Shown here piece by piece: positions 30,682-41,934 of a stretch of 64,000 nucleotides of DNA. The position numbers were made by a program, and so were the translations under genes. The notes beneath the pieces are model-generated. The model was given only the letters and a program-made list of their open reading frames with translations. It was not told the DNA's origin and ran no database searches. How positions within the stretch are numbered: position 1 is the stretch's first letter; every line of letters begins with the position of its first letter. The stretch comes from an uncultured Chloroflexia bacterium. Its GTDB lineage: Bacteria; Chloroflexota; Anaerolineae; B4-G1; SLSP01. The stretch lies in assembly GCA_963751345.1 (NCBI GenBank), contig CAVVUS010000001.1:15235-79234 (forward strand), written 5' to 3'.

Positions 30682-31002
30682 CTAGTGGCTGCGTCCGGTC
30701 ACACGGTCGATCACATAGGCAATCGCGCCATCGACCCGCGCCTCAGCCTCTTGTTCAAAGCGATCCGCTTCCTCCTGAGCCTCGGCCATCGCCTGTTCGC
30801 GCTCGGATTCGGCCTCCTTCTGCGCCGCCGCTACGATTCGGGCGGCCTGTTGGTTAGCCTCATCCAGCGCTTGCTCTCGCAGCGTGTTCGCTTCCTTCTG
30901 AGCCTCTGCGACCAGTTTGTCGGCCTCCGCCTGGGCCTTGGTCTGCTCCTCTGAGGCCTCGTGCTCAATCGCTAGAATTGCCTGCACCATCTCTTGCGTC
31001 AT
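30682..31002 (-). CDS. V/A-type ATP synthase peripheral stalk subunit G/H
   Basis: A/E/Q-rich coiled coil of about 106 aa, first gene of the ATPase operon. Confidence 0.78.
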   Translation of the reverse strand: MTQEMVQAILAIEHEASEEQTKAQAEADKLVAEAQKEANTLREQALDEANQQAARIVAAAQKEAESEREQAMAEAQEEADRFEQEAEARVDGAIAYVIDRVTGRSH

Positions 31003-31126
31003 GACCCGCATCCCTTTCGATATCGTGAAAGCCGGAGCGCTCCCGGAAATGCTCACGACGTTGTCAATGGTGCATTATTATAGATCACTTTTATGAAAAA
31101 GCGACTTCCGCCAGGGTTGATTCGCG

Positions 31127-31156
31127 TTGGCGGATCTCAAGGGTGGGATCTATAAT
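31127..31156 (+). promoter_or_regulatory. putative sigma70 promoter for the UxaA-like operon
   Basis: TTGGCG-18 bp-TATAAT. A minus-strand TATAAT at 31077-31082 may serve the divergent ATPase operon. Confidence 0.4.
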
Positions 31157-31190
31157 GGCCTCCATCAGTGAACGGAGAAGGTTGGTTGCC

Positions 31191-31499
31191 ATGAACAACA
31201 TCGCGATCTTGCTCAACCCTATTGACAACGTTGCGACCGCTCTACGGGACCTTGAGGCCGGTGAGTCGGTCAATGTACAGCTCTACGATGTGACCTATTC
31301 GGTCACCCTGCGCGAGGAGGTCGCCTTCGGACACAAGTACGCCCTCCGGGATATTCCGCAGGGGGAGGACGTCCTGAAGTACGGGCTCCCCATCGGCAAA
31401 GCTCTCACGGATATCCGGGCCGGCGAGTGGATACACGTTCACAACTGTCGCAGCGAGCACTTCGGATTTCGTCACGAGGAGTACGGGATCCACGCCTAA
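31191..31499 (+). CDS. UxaA-family SAF-domain small subunit
   Basis: DNVATAL, GHKYAL.DI..GE.V.KYG.PIG.A..DI..GEWIHVHN. Confidence 0.9.
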   Translation: MNNIAILLNPIDNVATALRDLEAGESVNVQLYDVTYSVTLREEVAFGHKYALRDIPQGEDVLKYGLPIGKALTDIRAGEWIHVHNCRSEHFGFRHEEYGIHA

Positions 31500-31617
31500 G
31501 TGGGTCTCTCGCTAGGCCAACCGGTGCCGGGCTGCCGCTGAGGTCGTAGCCTCGCATGCCCATACCCGGCGCCTCGCCCAAGCGATTTGGTTCCGCAAGC
31601 AGACAGGAGTGTCGTCT

Positions 31618-32744
31618 ATGGAGATCCTAGGCTATGAACGTCCCGATGGTCAAATCGGCATCCGAAACAAGGTCTCGATCATCTTCAGTACCGACTGCTC
31701 GCGCTACGTAGCACAGAAGCTCAAGACGCTTGTTTCCCGAAGGGCACCCAGCTCTTCGGCTATCCGGGTGGCTGCGCTCTCGTCGACGGCGCGTTCCACA
31801 AGCTGGTGGCGCTGGGCACTCACTCCAGTTCTGCAGCCGCCCTTGTTGTCGGTCTCGGCTGCGAGGGTACCGACGCCTATAGCGTGGCGGACGCCATCGC
31901 CGCGACAGGGCGCCCCGTGGAAGCGATCAAGATCAACGAAGAGGGCGGCGACCTTCGCACGGTGGAAAAGGGATCCAGGGCCCTCGCCGGACTGCTCCAG
32001 GCAGCCTCAATGGCCAAACGCGTGCCGATGTCGCCCGGTGACCTGATCGTCGGCACTGAATGCGGCGGATCCGATGCGACTTCCGGCCTCGCCTCAAACC
32101 CCATCACGGGCGTCGCGGGCGACCGGCTGATTGAGGCTGGGGGCACGTATATGATCAGCGAACTCGATGAGCTGATAGGCTGCAGTGAGATTCTCGCAGA
32201 CCGTGCGGTGAACCAACATGTGGCTGATGAAGTGCGCGAGGCCATCAAGAAAGCTGAAGAACGAAGCTTCGCGAGCGGCAGGTTCGCCTGGGGCTACGGC
32301 AACATCATGGGGGGGCTGACGAGCATCGAGGAGAAGTCGTATGGCGCACTCGCGAAGTCAGGCACGAACCCGCTGCAGGGCATCCTTCGCGAATATGGGC
32401 TGCCGCCGTCGAAAGGGTTCTTCCTGCAGGTCGGCGAGCCCGGCTCCGGGTACTTCCACGGGGACCCGGAGGGCATCAACCAGTTCGCAGCCCACGGTGC
32501 CCACCTGGCGCTCTTTACCACCGGCTGCGGGTCGACCACGGGCGGATTGGTGCCCGTGATCAAGGTGATCGCCAACCCCAACCGTATGCAGCTCATCCGC
32601 GACAACGCGGACTTTGACGCCACCCCGATCATCCTGGGCGAACGGACGATTCAGGAGATGGGCGAGGCACTCTACGACGAGATCGTGGCGGTCGCAGCAG
32701 GCAAACTGACGCGATCCGAGATCTTTGGTCACTTCGAGGTCTAA
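31618..32744 (+). CDS. UxaA/GarD/SuyB-family dehydratase large subunit (frameshift near 31735)
   Basis: GYERPDG.IGIRN, VGLGCE, ECGGSDATSGLASNP, GN..GGLTSIEEKS.G, FTTG.G. Confidence 0.88.
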
Positions 32745-34369
32745 TGCACATAGAACTCACGTCGACGTTGACGAACGCACACCCCTACGGCGCATCTGGC
32801 GATACGTAGGGTACGACGAACCCAACTACACATACACTGCAGAGCGGAAAGGCCCTGCTCGCCAAACTCGGCCAGACTGCCCGATGCACCCGTACTACAT
32901 CCGCTGTCATTTCATCCTCTGCTCCGGCGAACGGCGTGGGCGCGCCTAAATGGGGCTCCAGCAACGTCTACACCGAGGACGACCGAGGGCGCCCGGTCTA
33001 CGACTGGACGATCATCGACCGAATCCTGGACACGATCGTCGAGGCGGGCTGTGTGCCATTTGTCGAGCTGGGTTTCATGCCCGAGGCGCTCAGTTCGGCT
33101 CCGGACGACGTGCCCTATACCGGCGCAACTGCAGAGGGCTGGGGTTACCCACCCCGTGACTACTCACGCTGGATGGACCTGATCCGCGCCGTGGGCCGGC
33201 ACTGCCTCGAACGGTATGGGCTCCGTGACGTCAGCCGCTGGTACTGGGAGTTGTGGAACGAACCGGATATCTTCTACTGGCGGGGGACGCCCGAGGAGTA
33301 TTTCCGGCTCTACGACTACACGGTTGCGGGGCTCGTGTCCGCTTTTCCCCAGGCCAAGATCGGCGGCCCGGGCACGACGAGCCCTGCTAACCCAAAGGCA
33401 GGTGCCTTTCTCCATGCGTTCCTGAAGCACTGCACAGAGGGCGAGAATGCGGTCACGGGCGAACGTGGCACGCGGCTCGACTACGTCAGCTTCCACACCA
33501 AGGGCGGCGGCTATGGTCGCGAGCCCAACGCGCCCAAGAAAACACCCACGATCCACGAACTGCTGCGCCATGTCGATGCGGGGCTGGGGATCATCGCCGG
33601 ATTCCCTGAGCTACGCCGCCACGAGGTGATCCTCTCGGAATGCGATCCGGACGGCTGGGCTGCCGGGAGCATCCGCGATAATCCCAACCTCTTCTACCGC
33701 AACAGCGAGTATTACGCGAGTTACGTTGCGAGCGCAGCCTGCAAGCTGCTGGCCGCGCGCCATCCCCAGGGCCCGCGCGTCGACGGGATGCTGACGTGGG
33801 CCTTTGAGTTCGAGGACCGAGAGCTCTTCGCTGGGCTGCGGACGCTGAGCACGAACGGCATCGACAAGCCTGTCCTCAACGTCTTCCGGCTTCTCGGCGA
33901 GCTGGGCGGGACACCAGCTCGCCGTAGCTACTCGACGGCCTCCCTGAGGCAGGATGCCGCTCCCCAGGTCTCTCCGCCCTGGCGTCAATCGACGGCAACG
34001 GCACCGTCTCGCTCCTGCGTGGTGAGCCACCACGACGACTGGGACGTCCACACGGCGGTCGGACGGCCGGGGTGCATCTAGCCGGGCTGGAGGCAGGTCG
34101 GAGCCTATACCGTGACGCGAACCACGATCGACAGCAGATCACGCCAACAGCTACACGGCGTGGCGGGCGATGGGCAGCCCGCGCCCGCCAAGCGCGATCG
34201 CAGCGACGTGACCTGGAGGAGGCCGCGCGCCTCGCGCCGGCGCCGCTCGACTCGGTGACGGCGACCGGCGGCGACGTGTACCTTCTCGCTGACAGTTCCG
34301 CCGCACAGCGTCTCGCTGCTGCGGCTGGAGCCTATGGTCGAGGGTGGATCGAATCGAAAAGGAGGATAA
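32744..34369 (+). CDS. GH39 beta-xylosidase-like glycoside hydrolase (several frameshifts)
   Basis: W.YVGYDEPNYTY, KWGSSNVYTED, YDW..IDRI.D, ELGFMP, acid/base WNEPD, SFHTKG, nucleophile SECDP. Confidence 0.87.
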
Positions 34370-34372
34370 TCA

Positions 34373-36966
34373 ATGCAACCGACAGTGGATGGCCCTGTAT
34401 CCCCACACTTCCATCCCCTTCCCTTCTCCGGCAATGCTGCACTTGCGTCTCTCGGCGACACGGGCATCTCACGCGCGATGGCCGACGCGCTGCCCTACGC
34501 GCCCCAGGGGCAATGCGCATGCTGGGGCATCCCGTTTGACGTTCGAGATCCCGCGCTCATCATTGATGAGCCGGTCACGGTTGAGGTGCCGCACGCGGTC
34601 AGCCCCTGGCTGGTCTTTATGCACACGTCGGACCTGCGCCCGCTCCAGACCGATCGAGGGGGCCTCATCTCCCCCATGCGCGGCCAGGGGCATCTCAACG
34701 AGCTCGCAGCAATCTACACGCTGATCTACGAGGATGACACGACGGCCGTGACCGAGATCCGGCGCAGGCACCATCTCGGTGCCTTCCAGCGAATGTGGGG
34801 CGAGAACTGCTTCCAGGCCGTCGCGATGCACAAGCCTTACCCCTCGCGGGCGGCCCACGAGCAGCTCCGCGGTGGGTGGGGACAGAGCCAGACGCGCGTC
34901 GAGCAGCCCGACGGTGGCCGTTGGGTGAACTGGCTCTGGGCGTGGGAAAACCCCCATCCGGGCAAGGCGATCACGCAGATCCACTTCGAGCCCGTCTCCG
35001 GCGCCGTGTTGGTCTTTGGCATCGCGGCTGGTGCCGCCTCAGAGCAGCCGCTGCGCTGGCGTCGCCGCCGTAAGGCGGTCGTGTCTTTGCCTGAGGGGAC
35101 AGTCTTTCGCCCCGAGCTCGATGAAGATGGCTTGCTCGCCCACATCCAGATCGACATGGGCCAGATCATCTCCGCACAGCCCCGGCTACACTATCCGAAC
35201 GACGCGTGGGAGACGAGCTACAACAATCAACTGCCCAGGATGTCCCGCCCTGAGGTCCTGATCGAGTATACCTCCCACCCGGATGCACACTTTCACGTGA
35301 CGGGGGCCTCCTCCGCAGATGGAGCGCCGCCCCGAGCGCAGATCGTGCCCGTGGCAGCGGTGGAGGATGGGCAGGGCGAGTCGGAGGTCGCGTCCGTTCC
35401 ACCGGCCAGAGCAGCGGGTCAAGCTGCGCGTTGTGGAGCAGGGCACCGAGCGCCCCGTAATCGTTAAGCTGCACGTCCACGGCCAGTTCGACGAATACCT
35501 CGCGCCGGTGGACCGCCATCGGATCATCAACGCGGCCTGGTACGAAGACTACAGCGTCGACTTCGCCCACCAGGGGCTGCACTCGTGCACCTACATCCCC
35601 GGCGAGACGACGATCGACCTGCCTCTTGGCAAGGTCTACGTCGAGGTCTCCAAGGGCTTCGAGATCCGTCCCGTCCGCAAGGTCATTGAGGTGAGCGCCG
35701 AGACGAAGGAGGTCGTCATCGAAGTCGAGCGCGTGCTGCCCTGGCGCGAGCGGGGATGGATCACCGCCGATACCCACGTGCACTTCCTCTCACCGATGTC
35801 AGCGAACCTCGAGGGCGCCGGCGAAGGGCGTGAACGTCGTCAACCTTCTGGCCAGCCAGTGGGGTGAGTTGATGACGAATGTGGGAGATTTCGATGGCAA
35901 GAACACGTGGGGCTCCAGAGAGACAGGGGGCGACGGAGAGTACCTCGTCCGCGTCGGCACCGAGAATCGCCAGCACGTGATGGGACATATCTCGCTGCTC
36001 GGCTACCGTGGCCCGATCATCGCGCCGATGACGACAGGGGGACCGGATGAATCCGCGCTTGGCGACCCCATCGAGATCTTGCTGACCGAGTGGGCGCGGC
36101 AGTGTCACAAACAGGGCGGCCTCGTCGTGCTCCCACACTTCCCTAACCCGCGAGCCGAGCACGCCGCCAGCATCATCAGCGGCGACATCGATGCCCTGGA
36201 GATGACATCTTGGGGCGACCTCTACAGTGGGATCAGCCCCTATTCGCTCTCCGACTGGTACCGCTACCTTAACTGCGGATATAGGGTAGCCGCCGTGGGA
36301 GGCACGGACAAGATGCAGGCATCGACCGCCGTGGGGACCGTGCGTACCTACGCTCACCTTGCTGATAACGAGCCCTTCACATACGATGGCTGGATGGACG
36401 CTGTACGTCGGGCCGAGACTTTTGTCACGTATGGGCCGCTCCTGGAATTCAGCGTTGACGGTCAGGCAATGGGCAGCCGTATCGCGATGTCTGCAACGGG
36501 AGGGGCGGTGGACGTCATCTGGCAAGCTGCCAGTGTGACAGTGCCGATGTCGCGGGTTGAGTTGGTCGTCAACGGCGAGATCCGCGAAAGCGTCGCCGTC
36601 GATCCGTGGAGTGCCAGTGGGTCGTGGCGAGTCAGGGTCGATCGCAGCTCCTGGCTCGCACTGCTGGTTCGCGGACACTACGGGGACCGCCCGGAGATCA
36701 TCGCCGCCCACAGCTCACCCGTGATGGTCGGCGTGGAGGGCTCGGAGATGATGGCCGCAGCCGATGCCGTGACGATCTTGGAGCAGATTGAGGGCGCCCT
36801 TGCCTATCTGGATACGGTCGGCACGCGTGCCGAGGATCGCGCCTACAAGCGCATGCGGCTTGTGCTGGAATCCGCCCATCGCACCCTGCACAACCGTATG
36901 CACCGCCTGGGCTACTTTCACGACCACACGCCGGTAAGTGACCATCCTGAGCATCATATCCGCTAA
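34373..36966 (+). CDS. CehA/McbA-like PHP-fold metallohydrolase with N-terminal accessory domain (two frameshifts)
   Basis: W.TADTHVH, ENRQHVMGH, LPHFP, WYRYLNCG, GGTD, VGTVRTY, TFVTYGP, AHSSPV. Confidence 0.78.
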
Positions 36967-36979
36967 CTCCTTCCCCTTT

Positions 36980-37768
36980 ATGGATAACACCAACGACATC
37001 AAAGAAATCATCACATCCGCCGGCAAGCTGGCTATGACGCACTTCCTGGAGGTGACGCCGGCGTGGAAAGACGATAAGACGTACGTGACCCAGGCAGACT
37101 TTGCCGTGCAGGAGTATCTGCACGGGGCTATGGAGTCAGCGTTCCCCGACGACGGCATCGTCGCCGAGGAGAACGATCTGCGCAAACCGCCCAGGGGCAG
37201 CAAGCGATACTGGGTCATCGACCCCATCGACGGTACGGCCTCCTTTTCCGCAGGGCTGCCGATATGGGGGGTCTCGATCGCGCTCGTCGATGATGGCCAC
37301 CCCCTCGCGGGCTTCTTCTACATCCCGGTGACGCGAGATCTCTTCCACACCGGTGCGGATGGCCGCGTCTACAGGAATGACCGTCCGATGACGATCCGCG
37401 AACCGGGGGCATTCCACCGCGAGACCTCCCTCTTCATCGCGTCTCGGCTCCACCGCTACTACACGGTCTCGCGCGGCTATCCGGGAAAACTGAGAAATCT
37501 CGGCTCCTCCGTAGCACACCTGGCCTACGTTGCGACGGGTAGCGCGGACGCGGCACTCGTGGAGCGGGTCTACGTCTGGGACATCGCGGCCGGTATGGCG
37601 ATGCTGCAGCACAACGGCGGCGTGCTGCGCTACGTCGACGGCTCTCCCATCGACCTGACCGTGCTGCTCGACGGGAGGCGGATGCCGCTTCCGGCTTTGG
37701 GTGGGCATCCGCGGACGGTCAACGCCTTCCTCTCGCTCATTTCGTATCGCGGCGAAGGCGACGCATGA
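36980..37768 (+). CDS. inositol monophosphatase family protein
   Basis: VTQAD, AEE, WVIDPIDGT, WDIAAG. Confidence 0.92.
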   Translation: MDNTNDIKEIITSAGKLAMTHFLEVTPAWKDDKTYVTQADFAVQEYLHGAMESAFPDDGIVAEENDLRKPPRGSKRYWVIDPIDGTASFSAGLPIWGVSIALVDDGHPLAGFFYIPVTRDLFHTGADGRVYRNDRPMTIREPGAFHRETSLFIASRLHRYYTVSRGYPGKLRNLGSSVAHLAYVATGSADAALVERVYVWDIAAGMAMLQHNGGVLRYVDGSPIDLTVLLDGRRMPLPALGGHPRTVNAFLSLISYRGEGDA

Positions 37769-37777
37769 TAGGGGAAA

Positions 37778-37832
37778 AACGCTGGCACGTTGGCACGTTT
37801 GAACGTCCAGCGTGCTGATGACGTTGTAACGC
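37778..37832. repeat. degenerate ~8-nt tandem repeat (ACGT core) upstream of the DinB-family gene
   Basis: aacgctgg/cacgttgg/cacgtttg/aacgtcca/gcgtgctg... Confidence 0.6.
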
Positions 37833-37848
37833 ACCGGGAGGATACACG

Positions 37849-38325
37849 ATGCCATCATTGGACGTCGTCGACCAATTGATCGATCAGTTGGGCAGGACCT
37901 GGCAGGAGCTCCGGGACGCGATAGTCAAGACACCGGCGGAGGAGTGGCGCCAGGGCGCGACGGATTACTTGATCCCCGCACGGCTTGCCTACCACGTTCT
38001 CTTCGTCGCCGACATGTACGCCACGCCCATGGGCTACGAGGAGTACAAGCCCCACCGCCGATACAAGATCGACTGGGAGGGGCCCGCAGAGGCGCTGCCG
38101 AACCGCGAGGACCTTTTCACGATGATCAACGAGACTGAGGTGAACGTCAAGCAGTGGCTGCTCGACCTCGGCGACGAAGGGCTCCTGGAGGAGGAGACAC
38201 AGTACCCATGGACGGGGGAGCGCAAACTGGGCCGCGTGCTCTATTTGCTGCGCCACAACCAGTGGCACATCGGCGAACTCAACGCCATTCTGCGCGCGCG
38301 AGGGATCGAGCAAGTCGAGTGGTGA
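37849..38325 (+). CDS. DinB/YfiT family protein
   Basis: AYH and RHNQWHIGEL His triad in a four-helix protein of 158 aa. Confidence 0.85.
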   Translation: MPSLDVVDQLIDQLGRTWQELRDAIVKTPAEEWRQGATDYLIPARLAYHVLFVADMYATPMGYEEYKPHRRYKIDWEGPAEALPNREDLFTMINETEVNVKQWLLDLGDEGLLEEETQYPWTGERKLGRVLYLLRHNQWHIGELNAILRARGIEQVEW

Positions 38326-38329
38326 GAGA

Positions 38330-38386
38330 AACGCGTTGCCAGGTTCGAGCGTTCAACCGTGTCAGCGTTCAGACGTTTCAACGCAT
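38330..38386. repeat. degenerate ~8-nt tandem repeat downstream of the DinB-family gene
   Basis: cgcgttgc/caggttcg/agcgttca/accgtgtc/agcgttca/gacgtttc/aacg. Confidence 0.55.
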
Positions 38387-38397
38387 AAGGAGAGACT

Positions 38398-39832
38398 ATG
38401 ACGAACAGATATCAAGACGACCGCGCTGGATTGGATCAACGACAACGCATCGCTGATCGTCGACATGCACCAACAGGCGTGGGACCTGGCGGAGGTCGGC
38501 CTGCTGGAGACAAAGACAAGCCAGCTTCTCGTCGACATCCTCGAGGCCAACGGATTCACCGTTGAACGAGGTGTCGCCGGGATGCCCACGGCCTTCGTGG
38601 CGACCTATGGATCGGGTAGTCCCGTGATCGGCCTGATGGCCGAGCTCGATGCTCTGCCGGAGCTCTCCCAGGAGGCCGTCCCGTATCGCAAACCCCGGAA
38701 GGAGGGCGCTGCGGGACACGGCTGCGGTCACTGCGGCTATGCCGCGACGGCAGTGGGCGCCGCGATCGCGGTCAAGAAAGCCATTGAGGCGCACGGCCTC
38801 GGCGGGACCGTCAAGTGCTTCGGATGCCCGGCGGAGGAGACACTTGTCGGCAAGGTCTTCATGGTGCGCGATGGCGTCTTCGACGGCCTTGACGCGTGTC
38901 TGGGCCACCACCCGAGCGGCACAAATACCGTCTCGATGGGAAGCAGCAACGCGATGAACTCGGTGAAGTTCGAGTTCTTCGGCAAAGCCAGCCACGCCGC
39001 CGGCTCGCCCGACAAGGGCATCAGCGCGCTGGACGCGGTCGAGCTGATGAACGTTGGCGTCAACTACATGCGCGAGCACGTCATCCAGGAGACGCGGATG
39101 CACTACGTCATTGAGGAGGGCGGCCACGAGCCCAACGTCGTCCCGGCCTACGCCCGGAGCTGGTACTACGTCCGCGCCCCGGAGCGCGACCTGGTCGACA
39201 AGTACTACGAGTGGGTGCTGCGGATCGCCGACGGCGCCGACCTCATGGCCGGGACGACGCACAAGGTGCGCTTCCTGACCGGTGCGCACCAGACAATCCC
39301 GAATCGCCCGCTGGCGGAGTTGGTCGTCGCTAACATGCGCGAGGTCGGCGCGCCGAGCTATACCGAGGAGGAACTGGCCTTCGCCGCGGAATTGGGCAAG
39401 AGCGTGGACAGCCAGGAGAAGCTCGCCGGGCTGCGGCAGAGCATCCTGCCGGATGCCTTGGAGCTTCTCGATGTCGACATCAACACCCGCATCTACGACC
39501 CCTTCGGCGAGGAGCGCAAGGGGGGCGGGGGGTCGACCGACGTCGCCGAGGTCTCTTGGATCACGCCGACGGTCGAGTTCGGGACCGCCTGCTTCGTCGT
39601 CGGCACGCCGGGACACTCGTGGCAGAACACCGCCGTCTCCGGCACGTCGATCGGCCACAAGTCGACACTCTTCGCAGCCAAGACGATGGCCACGACCACG
39701 CTTGATCTTCTGACGCAGCCGGAGACACTTGAAAGCGTCCGTAAGGATTGGGAGCAGCGAATGGAAGGCCGCACCTATCAGAATCCGCTGCCACCCGACC
39801 TCAAGCCGCCGCTGGATCAGTTCGAGTCCTAG
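38398..39832 (+). CDS. abgB: M20D amidohydrolase, AbgB-like
   Basis: ELDALP.LSQ, GHGCGH, GCPAEE, HHP, SHAA..P..G.SALDAVEL, GSTDV, PGHSWQ; frameshift just after ATG 38398. Confidence 0.82.
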
Positions 39833-39853
39833 CATAGAGGAGTCAGCAGGATA

Positions 39854-40702
39854 ATGCCAGACGACAAGCCGCAAACGCTGCCACAGATCGCTTTTGGCGA
39901 GGTTGAGCTTTCCCGACTCATCCTCGGCGCCAACCCGATCAACGGAGGGTCGCACCTCTCTCGCTTCGTGAACCACCAGATGCGGCGGTACTTCACGCCG
40001 GAGCGCATTCAGGCTACGCTCGCGCAATGCCAGGCCCAGGGCATCAATACGTGGCAGTCCGGGCCCGGTGGCAATCTGGAGGCGTACAATACGTATCGCC
40101 AAGCAGGGGGTGAGATGCACTACATCGCTCTGGCATCCGAATCACCGGAGTACCCGGAGGTGCTCAGGGATCTCGTGGACGGGGGCACCCTCGGCATCGC
40201 CCATCACGGTGAGGTCACCGACGTCTTCTGGCGCCAAGGGGAGATGGCAAGGGTACGCGAGTTCTGTCTGAAGATCAGGGACTCCGGCGCGATGGTTGGC
40301 ATCTCGACGCACATACCTGACGTGGTCGATTACGTCGAATCCGAGGGGTGGGATGTTGATTTCTTCATGTGTTGCGTCTACGAACGCCACCGTACCCGCG
40401 AGCAACTACTGGAACTGCTCGGGCACGTTCCGCTGCCGCTCAAGGAGGTCTACCTGGAGAGTGATCCGCCCCGGATGTACAAGGCAATGCGCGGCACGGA
40501 CAAGCCCTGCCTTGCTTTCAAGATCCTCGCTGCCGGACGGCTATGTGATCAGCAGGAACTTGTCGAGGCTGCTTTTGAGCAGGCCTTCAGAGAGATGAAA
40601 CCCAACGATGCTGTCATCGTGGGGATGTACCCGGAATACGAGGACCAAGTCGCGATCAACGCGGAATACGTGCGACGTTTCAGCGCGCTCAGCGGCGCGT
40701 AA
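39854..40702 (+). CDS. conserved hypothetical protein, aldo/keto-reductase-like TIM barrel
   Basis: SRLILGANP..G.SH, AHHG, GISTH.P, AFKILAAGR, VGM. Confidence 0.6.
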   Translation: MPDDKPQTLPQIAFGEVELSRLILGANPINGGSHLSRFVNHQMRRYFTPERIQATLAQCQAQGINTWQSGPGGNLEAYNTYRQAGGEMHYIALASESPEYPEVLRDLVDGGTLGIAHHGEVTDVFWRQGEMARVREFCLKIRDSGAMVGISTHIPDVVDYVESEGWDVDFFMCCVYERHRTREQLLELLGHVPLPLKEVYLESDPPRMYKAMRGTDKPCLAFKILAAGRLCDQQELVEAAFEQAFREMKPNDAVIVGMYPEYEDQVAINAEYVRRFSALSGA

Positions 40703-40772
40703 TATTGACCCTCCGGGTTGCTCACAAGCTGCCCGGAAGGTAGGATCTCTCACTTAGAAAGGAAACCACACG

Positions 40773-41735
40773 ATGCATATTCTCATCGGACCTAATAACT
40801 TCGGCCTTCAGAATATCGCTGCGACACTTGTAGCGGGCTATCCGGACGTGACCGTCGCCACCTGCGACAGTCGTGAGGAGATCAGTGAGGCCATCGCCAA
40901 CGCTGACGTCTACTTCGGGTGGTTGAGTCGAGAGAACTTCCTGGCAGCGAAGAAACTGCGCTGGATCCAGTCGATGAGTACCGGCGTAGATGGCTTTGTG
41001 CGCATCCCGGAGCTTCGGGACAGCGACGTCATCCTGACCAATGCCAGGGGCGTACACGCAGCCTGCCTGGCCGAGCAGACATTCGCCATGATCTTCGGCT
41101 TCACGCGAGGGATGAAGGCATTCCTCGAGCACCAGCAGCGTCACCAGTGGGCAGGGAGGGACGTACGCAACGGCCTCGTCGAGTTGACGGGCAGCACGAT
41201 GGGCATCGTCGGCTATGGGACCGTGGGCCATGCCATCGCCGATCGCGCGCGCGCGTTTGGCATGCGCGTCGCGGCCGTGGATATCTTGCCCGAGGTGAAG
41301 CTCGACCACGGGATCCCGGTCGGCGGGCTGAGCGAGCTACCCGATCTGCTGAGCCAGTCTGACTACGTGGTCATTACCGTGCCGTACACAGAGGAGACGC
41401 GGATGATGATCGGCGCAGAGCAACTTGCCCTGATGAAGCCCTCAGCGATCCTCGTTGTGATCTCGCGCGGTGGCCTCATCGATGAAGCTGCATTGGCCGA
41501 CGCTCTCACGACAGGGCGGCTCAAAGCCGCAGCGCTGGACGTCTTCGAAACGGAGCCGTTACCCGAGGACAGTCCACTGTGGGACATCGACAACCTGATC
41601 ATCACACCGCACGCGGCAGGGGGCAGCCAGTTCGAGGCATCAGCCATCCGCGCGATCTTCCTGGAGAACGTGGACCGCTTTGTCCGAGGCGATTTCCCAC
41701 TGCGCAACGAGGTCGGCAAGCACCGCGGCTACTAG
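40773..41735 (+). CDS. D-2-hydroxyacid dehydrogenase
   Basis: GIVGYGTVG, SRG, LDVFETEPL, TPH.AG. Confidence 0.92.
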   Translation: MHILIGPNNFGLQNIAATLVAGYPDVTVATCDSREEISEAIANADVYFGWLSRENFLAAKKLRWIQSMSTGVDGFVRIPELRDSDVILTNARGVHAACLAEQTFAMIFGFTRGMKAFLEHQQRHQWAGRDVRNGLVELTGSTMGIVGYGTVGHAIADRARAFGMRVAAVDILPEVKLDHGIPVGGLSELPDLLSQSDYVVITVPYTEETRMMIGAEQLALMKPSAILVVISRGGLIDEAALADALTTGRLKAAALDVFETEPLPEDSPLWDIDNLIITPHAAGGSQFEASAIRAIFLENVDRFVRGDFPLRNEVGKHRGY

Positions 41736-41750
41736 CGCATCCCCCTCTGT

Positions 41751-41796
41751 AGTGCCTGGCACTTCCGCCCCATCTGCAGGGCGAGTGCCAGGCACT
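41751..41796. repeat. pair of 13-bp near-palindromes
   Basis: agtgcctggcact ... agtgccaggcact. Confidence 0.55.
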
Positions 41797-41934
41797 CGGG
41801 GACGCATCACCGGCGGCCGCAGTTGTTGTGGTTTCAGGTGCCAGCCACCGCCCGGTTGGCGTCTGTGTCAAACCAACTGATAATGCTACTGAAGGTCCAA
41901 AATGTGTGGCAGAGCCCGGAACGAGAGGTGAGCG

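Noticed and set aside
31020-31100. Rex or Fur operator at the ATPase promoter
   Set aside because: AT-rich, but no convincing match to either palindrome.
37778-38386. CRISPR array
   Set aside because: Units are about 8 nt, degenerate and without spacers; no cas genes.
38396-40120. 574-aa antisense ORF (also 1266-2495, 15459-16460, 42691-43593 and others)
   Set aside because: Shadow ORFs opposite well-supported genes in GC-rich DNA, with no recognisable motifs.
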